From Cyanothece sp. BG0011 (GTDB lineage: Bacteria; Cyanobacteriota; Cyanobacteriia; Cyanobacteriales; Microcystaceae), in assembly GCF_003013815.1 (NCBI RefSeq), contig NZ_PRLH01000095.1, positions 23,943 to 55,942 of the forward strand: a stretch of DNA of 32,000 nucleotides, read 5' to 3'. This document shows positions 28,608 through 32,000 of the stretch, one piece after another (position 1 is the stretch's first letter; each line of letters opens with the position of its first letter). Below the pieces are notes generated by a model that was given only the letters and a program-made list of their open reading frames with translations, was not told the origin of the DNA and made no database searches. The translations under genes and the position numbers were made by a program.

Positions 28608-29981
28608 TTATTTCACTAACCGATATTGAGTTTCCACAAAACTAGCAATTTTCTGTCCTTCACGAATAGCATAATTAGTGCCTCGATCTTCGGGATAAAT
28701 TTGAGCCATAGTGGAAATATAAAACCCTGGTAAAGGGGTTTCATGACTCGGAATTAAACGACTATAATGACGAACCACAATGGGTTGAGAATAACGGGCG
28801 CGCCAGAAATGATAATCAATAATCCAATCACGACTAAACTCAGGAAACATTCTTTTTAAGTGAGGAATGGCATAATTTAAAGCTTCTTGATCACTCATTT
28901 GATAGAGTGTTTCGCTTTCGGGTAAATATTTAGATAAATAAACAATATGTTGTCCCCCGTAGGTTTCTTTGGGTTCAAAATTTGTGTGTTCAATCACCCC
29001 CACAAAGGGAAAATTAGGATCATTAACATTGAGCCAATAAGTCTCAGATAAACTACGATTGAGTTGCAGCACTAAACAAACATTCGCCAAATAGTCCACA
29101 GAGCGAAGTTTTTGAATATAATCAGAACTCAAATGATCGTCGAGGAGATCAGCGATAATGGGTAAAGCGGGAGTAGCGATCACCCCATCGGCCTCGATGA
29201 TACCTTGATTCGTTTTGACCCCTGTGAGGCGATCGCTTTCTACTATCACCCCTTCTACGGTGATGTTGGTTTTAATTTGACCCCCACGAAAGGCGATCGC
29301 TTCTGCCAACTTTTGGGCCAAGGCAGCGAACCCCCCGCGATAATAAGCCAACATTTCCGCGCCGTCTTTGTTACGACTACCGCCGCGTAGTTTAACTTTA
29401 TTCCAAAACCAAACCGCCGAAACCTGATCAGCAAAGGGGCCAAACTTACCCCTGAGCAACGGTTCCCACACAACCCGATACACCTGGGAACCACACACCT
29501 TTAACAACCATTCTTTAGCTGTCAAGGACTCTAGTTTGCGCCAATTTTTGATCCGACGGGCCCACAATGCAAACAACCCTAAACGAAGACGATTAAACCA
29601 ATTTAAGGGCTTAAAAGTTAATAAATCTAGGGGAGAACTTAACTTAAAGAAATTGTTAGCGTAGTAGATGCCGGTGCGAGTGGGGCGATAAATCACTTGA
29701 TCTTGGGCTTCTAATTCCTCCACTAAGGCCATGACATATTTATCATTGGTAAACCAGTGATGATAGAACTTTTCTAAGGGTTGGCCATTGACTTCAAAAC
29801 TACCCGCTAAACCCCCCACTTCCTTATCTCTTTCTAAGACAGTGACTCTGTATCCTTTGCGGGTGAGTTCGTAAGCGGCCGTTAACCCGGTAAAACCACC
29901 GCCAATGATCACAATATGGGGGGGGTTTCCCTGAGTCGGGGAGAATTTTGAGGTTGAGGGCAAAGAAGGATTAAATGTCAT
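28608..29981 (-). CDS. FAD-dependent amine oxidase / protoporphyrinogen-oxidase-like oxidoreductase
   Basis: HIVIIGGGFTGLTAAYELTRKGYRVTVLERDKEVGGLAGSFEVNG, C-terminal GFYISTMAQIYPEDRGTNYAIREGQKIA. Confidence 0.85.
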   Translation of the reverse strand: MTFNPSLPSTSKFSPTQGNPPHIVIIGGGFTGLTAAYELTRKGYRVTVLERDKEVGGLAGSFEVNGQPLEKFYHHWFTNDKYVMALVEELEAQDQVIYRPTRTGIYYANNFFKLSSPLDLLTFKPLNWFNRLRLGLFALWARRIKNWRKLESLTAKEWLLKVCGSQVYRVVWEPLLRGKFGPFADQVSAVWFWNKVKLRGGSRNKDGAEMLAYYRGGFAALAQKLAEAIAFRGGQIKTNITVEGVIVESDRLTGVKTNQGIIEADGVIATPALPIIADLLDDHLSSDYIQKLRSVDYLANVCLVLQLNRSLSETYWLNVNDPNFPFVGVIEHTNFEPKETYGGQHIVYLSKYLPESETLYQMSDQEALNYAIPHLKRMFPEFSRDWIIDYHFWRARYSQPIVVRHYSRLIPSHETPLPGFYISTMAQIYPEDRGTNYAIREGQKIASFVETQYRLVK

Positions 29982-30037
29982 AATTAAAAAGAGATATTTA
30001 ACGGATATCTATAAGGGCAAATCTTTGGTTTAAAGGA

Positions 30038-31024
30038 CTAAACCAAGTGTTTATCATTATTAATCGATTGTTGGGTCTCGAAAGAATAGTTTTTAAACCC
30101 TAGTCGTTCTCGAACTAAGTATAGAGGACGTTCTTTGTTTTCGCGGTAAATGCGGCCAATATACTCACCAATGACTCCTAAAAAGACTAATTGAATGCCA
30201 CCAATAAACAGGGTTGAGATAAACAAAAGGGTCCAACCCGGAACCCAAATGGAGGTAAACAATCGTAACACTAGGGCGTAAAGAATACCAATGATAGACA
30301 GGACAAAAGTAAACAGACCCACCCAAATGGCCATTCTCAGGGGAATCAGAGAAAAGGATAAAATTCCATCCGCCGCAAAGCGTACCATTTTCCACAAGGG
30401 ATATTTACTCACCCCGGCCAGTCGTTGTGAGCGTTGGTAAGGAACTCCGATTTGTCGAAACCCCACCCAACTCACCATCCCTCTGAGGAAGCGATCGCGT
30501 TCTGGCATGGTTTTTAAGGCTTCTACTACCCGACGATCCATTAAGCGGAAGTCTCCGGTATCGAGGGGAATGGCAACATCGGAAAGACCGTTAATAATGC
30601 GATAAAAGGCTTTAGCACTCCAGAGTTTAAACCAGGTTTCTCCTTGGCGATCGGTTCGCACGCCGTAGGCCACATCATAACCTTGATACCAATAATCGAT
30701 CATGTCTTTGATGACTTCGGGGGGATCTTGGAGATCGGCATCGATTAACACGACGACATCCCCCGAAACATGGTCAAGTCCGGCGGTTACCGCCATTTGA
30801 TGGCCAAAGTTACGGGACAGCAAAATCACTTTAACCCGTTCTTCTTTTTGTTGTAGAGTGCGTAGGTGTTGGGCGGTTTGATCTTGACTCCCATCATCGA
30901 TATAAATAATTTCCCATTGGGGGGTTATCTCATCTAAAACCCCCACTAGGCGTTGATGGGTCGCTTGAATCACTTCTTGTTCGTTATAACAGGGGACAAC
31001 AACTGAGATCAACAACGGTTTCAC
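30038..31024 (-). CDS. GT2 glycosyltransferase, GtrB/DPM1-like with C-terminal TM helices
   Basis: ISVVVPCYNEQEVIQATHQRL, VVLIDADLQDPPEVIKDM, DTGDFRLMDRRVV, two C-terminal TM segments. Confidence 0.92.
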   Translation of the reverse strand: MKPLLISVVVPCYNEQEVIQATHQRLVGVLDEITPQWEIIYIDDGSQDQTAQHLRTLQQKEERVKVILLSRNFGHQMAVTAGLDHVSGDVVVLIDADLQDPPEVIKDMIDYWYQGYDVAYGVRTDRQGETWFKLWSAKAFYRIINGLSDVAIPLDTGDFRLMDRRVVEALKTMPERDRFLRGMVSWVGFRQIGVPYQRSQRLAGVSKYPLWKMVRFAADGILSFSLIPLRMAIWVGLFTFVLSIIGILYALVLRLFTSIWVPGWTLLFISTLFIGGIQLVFLGVIGEYIGRIYRENKERPLYLVRERLGFKNYSFETQQSINNDKHLV

Positions 31025-31050
31025 TCCTCCTCCTCATCAGTTTAGTTCCT

Positions 31051-31923
31051 TTATTTTGCCTTTTGGGGAGTACAAAATAAGGTATGTTCTTTCATTTCGA
31101 CATCATAACCTAAGGCTTCTAGGAACGGTTGAACCCCTAATAAGGATGATTTTCCGGTTTTCACGTCTTCATGAATATCAATACAGAGATAGGGATGATA
31201 ACGATCTAAGGTGGTTTTTGCCCCTTGTAACCCGTAGAGTTCAAAGCCTTCGATATCAATTTTCATGGCTTTGGGTTCAATATTCATGGTGGCCACATAA
31301 TCATCAATGGTCATCACTTCGACTAAATAACTGTCGTGTTGACGATGACGGTTGCTCTCTGGGGTACTGAGGGTTGACACATCAGAAGCCCAAAAAAAGT
31401 CTTTTTCTGAGGTATATTCTAAAAATTCTGCTTTTCCCGGTTCATCGCTCACGGCAGCCGGCACAATGGTTATGTTTTCGATGTGGTTGAGGTCTACCAT
31501 TTGTTTGAGAAAGGTTTGGGTTTTTCGGGCGGGTTCAAAGGCATGGACTTGACCTTTTTTGCCCACTGCTTTGGCTAGGGGTAAGCTAATCACCCCAAAC
31601 GCGGCCCCAATATCGAGAACCACATCCCCATACTCAATGTTGGAGCATAACCAGTCAGCGCAATGGGTTTCGATCATAAAGCTGAGATGATCTTCTTCTC
31701 CTGGCATCAAACAATGTTTGTAGACTTTCAGGGGGTCAATGGGGGCTAAAGCATCGATCCGATTAATGCGACATTGAACCACTGAGCCTGATTGAATAAA
31801 ATCTAGCATTGCTTGGGTAAATTCCCGTTTTTGGGCGTGAAGCACCCGATCAATGGCTTCTAATGTGTCTACAATACCGATAACTCGACGTAATTTTGTA
31901 ATGAGATAATCTTTAATGTCCAT
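31051..31923 (-). CDS. FkbM-family methyltransferase
   Basis: VVLDIGAAFGVISLPLAKAVGKKGQVHAFEPARKTQTFLKQMVDLNHIENI, MTIDDYVATMNIEPKAMKIDIEGFELYGLQGAKTTL. Confidence 0.9.
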   Translation of the reverse strand: MDIKDYLITKLRRVIGIVDTLEAIDRVLHAQKREFTQAMLDFIQSGSVVQCRINRIDALAPIDPLKVYKHCLMPGEEDHLSFMIETHCADWLCSNIEYGDVVLDIGAAFGVISLPLAKAVGKKGQVHAFEPARKTQTFLKQMVDLNHIENITIVPAAVSDEPGKAEFLEYTSEKDFFWASDVSTLSTPESNRHRQHDSYLVEVMTIDDYVATMNIEPKAMKIDIEGFELYGLQGAKTTLDRYHPYLCIDIHEDVKTGKSSLLGVQPFLEALGYDVEMKEHTLFCTPQKAK

Positions 31924-32000
31924 AAAAGTGTTTTATAAATAAATCGTTTATGATTCGGCTTAATGATTTAGATAGACTCACTGAACTATTTTTAATGTTC

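Noticed and set aside
1-32000. Defence island, prophage or biosynthetic cluster
   Set aside because: No nuclease/methylase defence modules, integrases, phage structural genes, reverse transcriptases or NRPS/PKS motifs were seen in any of the supported ORFs.

Overview
The window is cyanobacterial chromosome. I base this on about 20 copies of the HIP1 palindrome GCGATCGC, a cyanobacterial-type mutS and gyrA, and typical cyanobacterial gene content; the likely relatives are Cyanothece/Crocosphaera-like unicellular species. I see no rRNA, tRNA, CRISPR array, prophage or intact transposon. Left to right the supported content is: (1) a large alpha-amylase on the minus strand, truncated by the window edge and missing from the ORF track, with two N-terminal carbohydrate-binding-like repeats; (2) mutS, a SAM methyltransferase and a YraQ/ArsP-like permease; (3) a response regulator and a histidine kinase that look like one gene split at two poly-A runs, followed by a cupin; (4) a pentapeptide-repeat protein overlapping tspO; (5) gyrA; (6) a minus-strand accessory patch with a membrane-anchored unknown, a pentapeptide-repeat protein and an unknown with a threefold internal repeat; (7) an arsR-type regulator followed by pstS-pstC-pstA-pstB; (8) a coiled-coil protein and a serine/alanine-glyoxylate aminotransferase; (9) thyX and dut; (10) a five-gene co-directional surface-glycan-like operon (C-methyltransferase, membrane glycosyltransferase, FAD oxidoreductase, GT2, FkbM). 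The best lead is the arsR-pst locus: three GGTTAT repeats spaced exactly 11 nt apart (a Pho-box-like array) lie directly upstream of an extended -10, followed by a 10-bp palindrome just before the arsR gene. This suggests dual phosphate-starvation and ArsR control of a phosphate (or arsenate-discriminating) transporter. Nothing else seen here is clearly a new system, and all family calls are from reading the protein sequences, with no database search.
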